Shown here in pieces: positions 63,913 to 64,000 of a stretch of 64,000 bases of DNA (positions are counted from its first letter, which is position 1; each line of letters begins with the position of its first letter). The position numbers were made by a program, and so were the translations under genes. Below the pieces are notes generated by a model. It was not told the origin of the DNA, did not search any database, and worked only from the letters and a program-made list of their open reading frames with translations. This DNA is from an uncultured Gammaproteobacteria bacterium (GTDB lineage: Bacteria > Pseudomonadota > Gammaproteobacteria > Steroidobacterales > Rariloculaceae), in the NCBI GenBank assembly GCA_964384125.1, contig CAYLKA010000001.1:18616-82615 (forward strand). The letters are read 5' to 3'.

Positions 63913-64000
63913 GTGAATCTCGAAGTTCGGCTTATTTTGGTCGTTTTAGCGATGTGTATCTTCTCGCTGCCCGGAGCGTCCGCGCACCACTCACCTAATG
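63913..64000 (+). CDS. 5' fragment of another exported HH-module protein; copy 7, truncated by the window end
   Basis: GGGGGAA Shine-Dalgarno sequence followed by GTG 63913. Hand translation: MNLEVRLILVVLAMCIFSLPGASA|HHSPN... Confidence 0.6.
   Translation, partial: MNLEVRLILVVLAMCIFSLPGASAHHSPN

Overview
This 64-kb segment looks like a Gram-negative (proteobacterial-type) chromosome: it carries murU, a GT9 heptosyltransferase, glpK/glpF and a MacA-type adaptor. I could support about 62 protein genes, one tRNA-Met and one frameshifted gene. I saw no rRNA, CRISPR array, integrase, transposase or phage genes.

The window divides into five parts:
1. 2.3-16.4 kb: a translationally coupled MoxR AAA+/DUF58/VWA 'Bat-like' operon. 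It also encodes a legumain-like protein whose catalytic Cys is replaced by Ser, a TPR-HExxH protein, and a 1207-aa low-complexity membrane protein.
2. 16.5-36.7 kb: a mosaic of mostly exported hydrolases, oxidoreductases and transporters.
3. 36.8-50.7 kb: two diverged, oppositely oriented paralogs encoding a cytochrome c domain fused to a Vgb-like beta-propeller. They bracket an uncharacterised cluster of 11 ORFs: GTP cyclohydrolase II, a RibD-type reductase with no deaminase domain, a creatininase-family enzyme, a degenerate PTPS/QueD-like protein, a Zn-dehydrogenase, a glycosyltransferase, two methyltransferases, a CDP-alcohol phosphatidyltransferase, YceI and a 56-aa membrane ORF. This does not look like a housekeeping rib operon.
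4. 52.8-59.3 kb: the densest locus of a recurring exported protein family.
5. 61.5-63.8 kb: glpK-glpF.

The most striking signal across the whole window is an eight-gene expansion of an exported family, DUF6152-like from memory. The predicted mature N-terminus is His-His, and an invariant NPH motif lies about 25 residues later. The family occurs as fused two-domain proteins, as split single-domain genes, as one poly-G frameshifted copy, and as one copy truncated by the window edge.

All functional calls come from reading motifs in the supplied translations. No database search was run.
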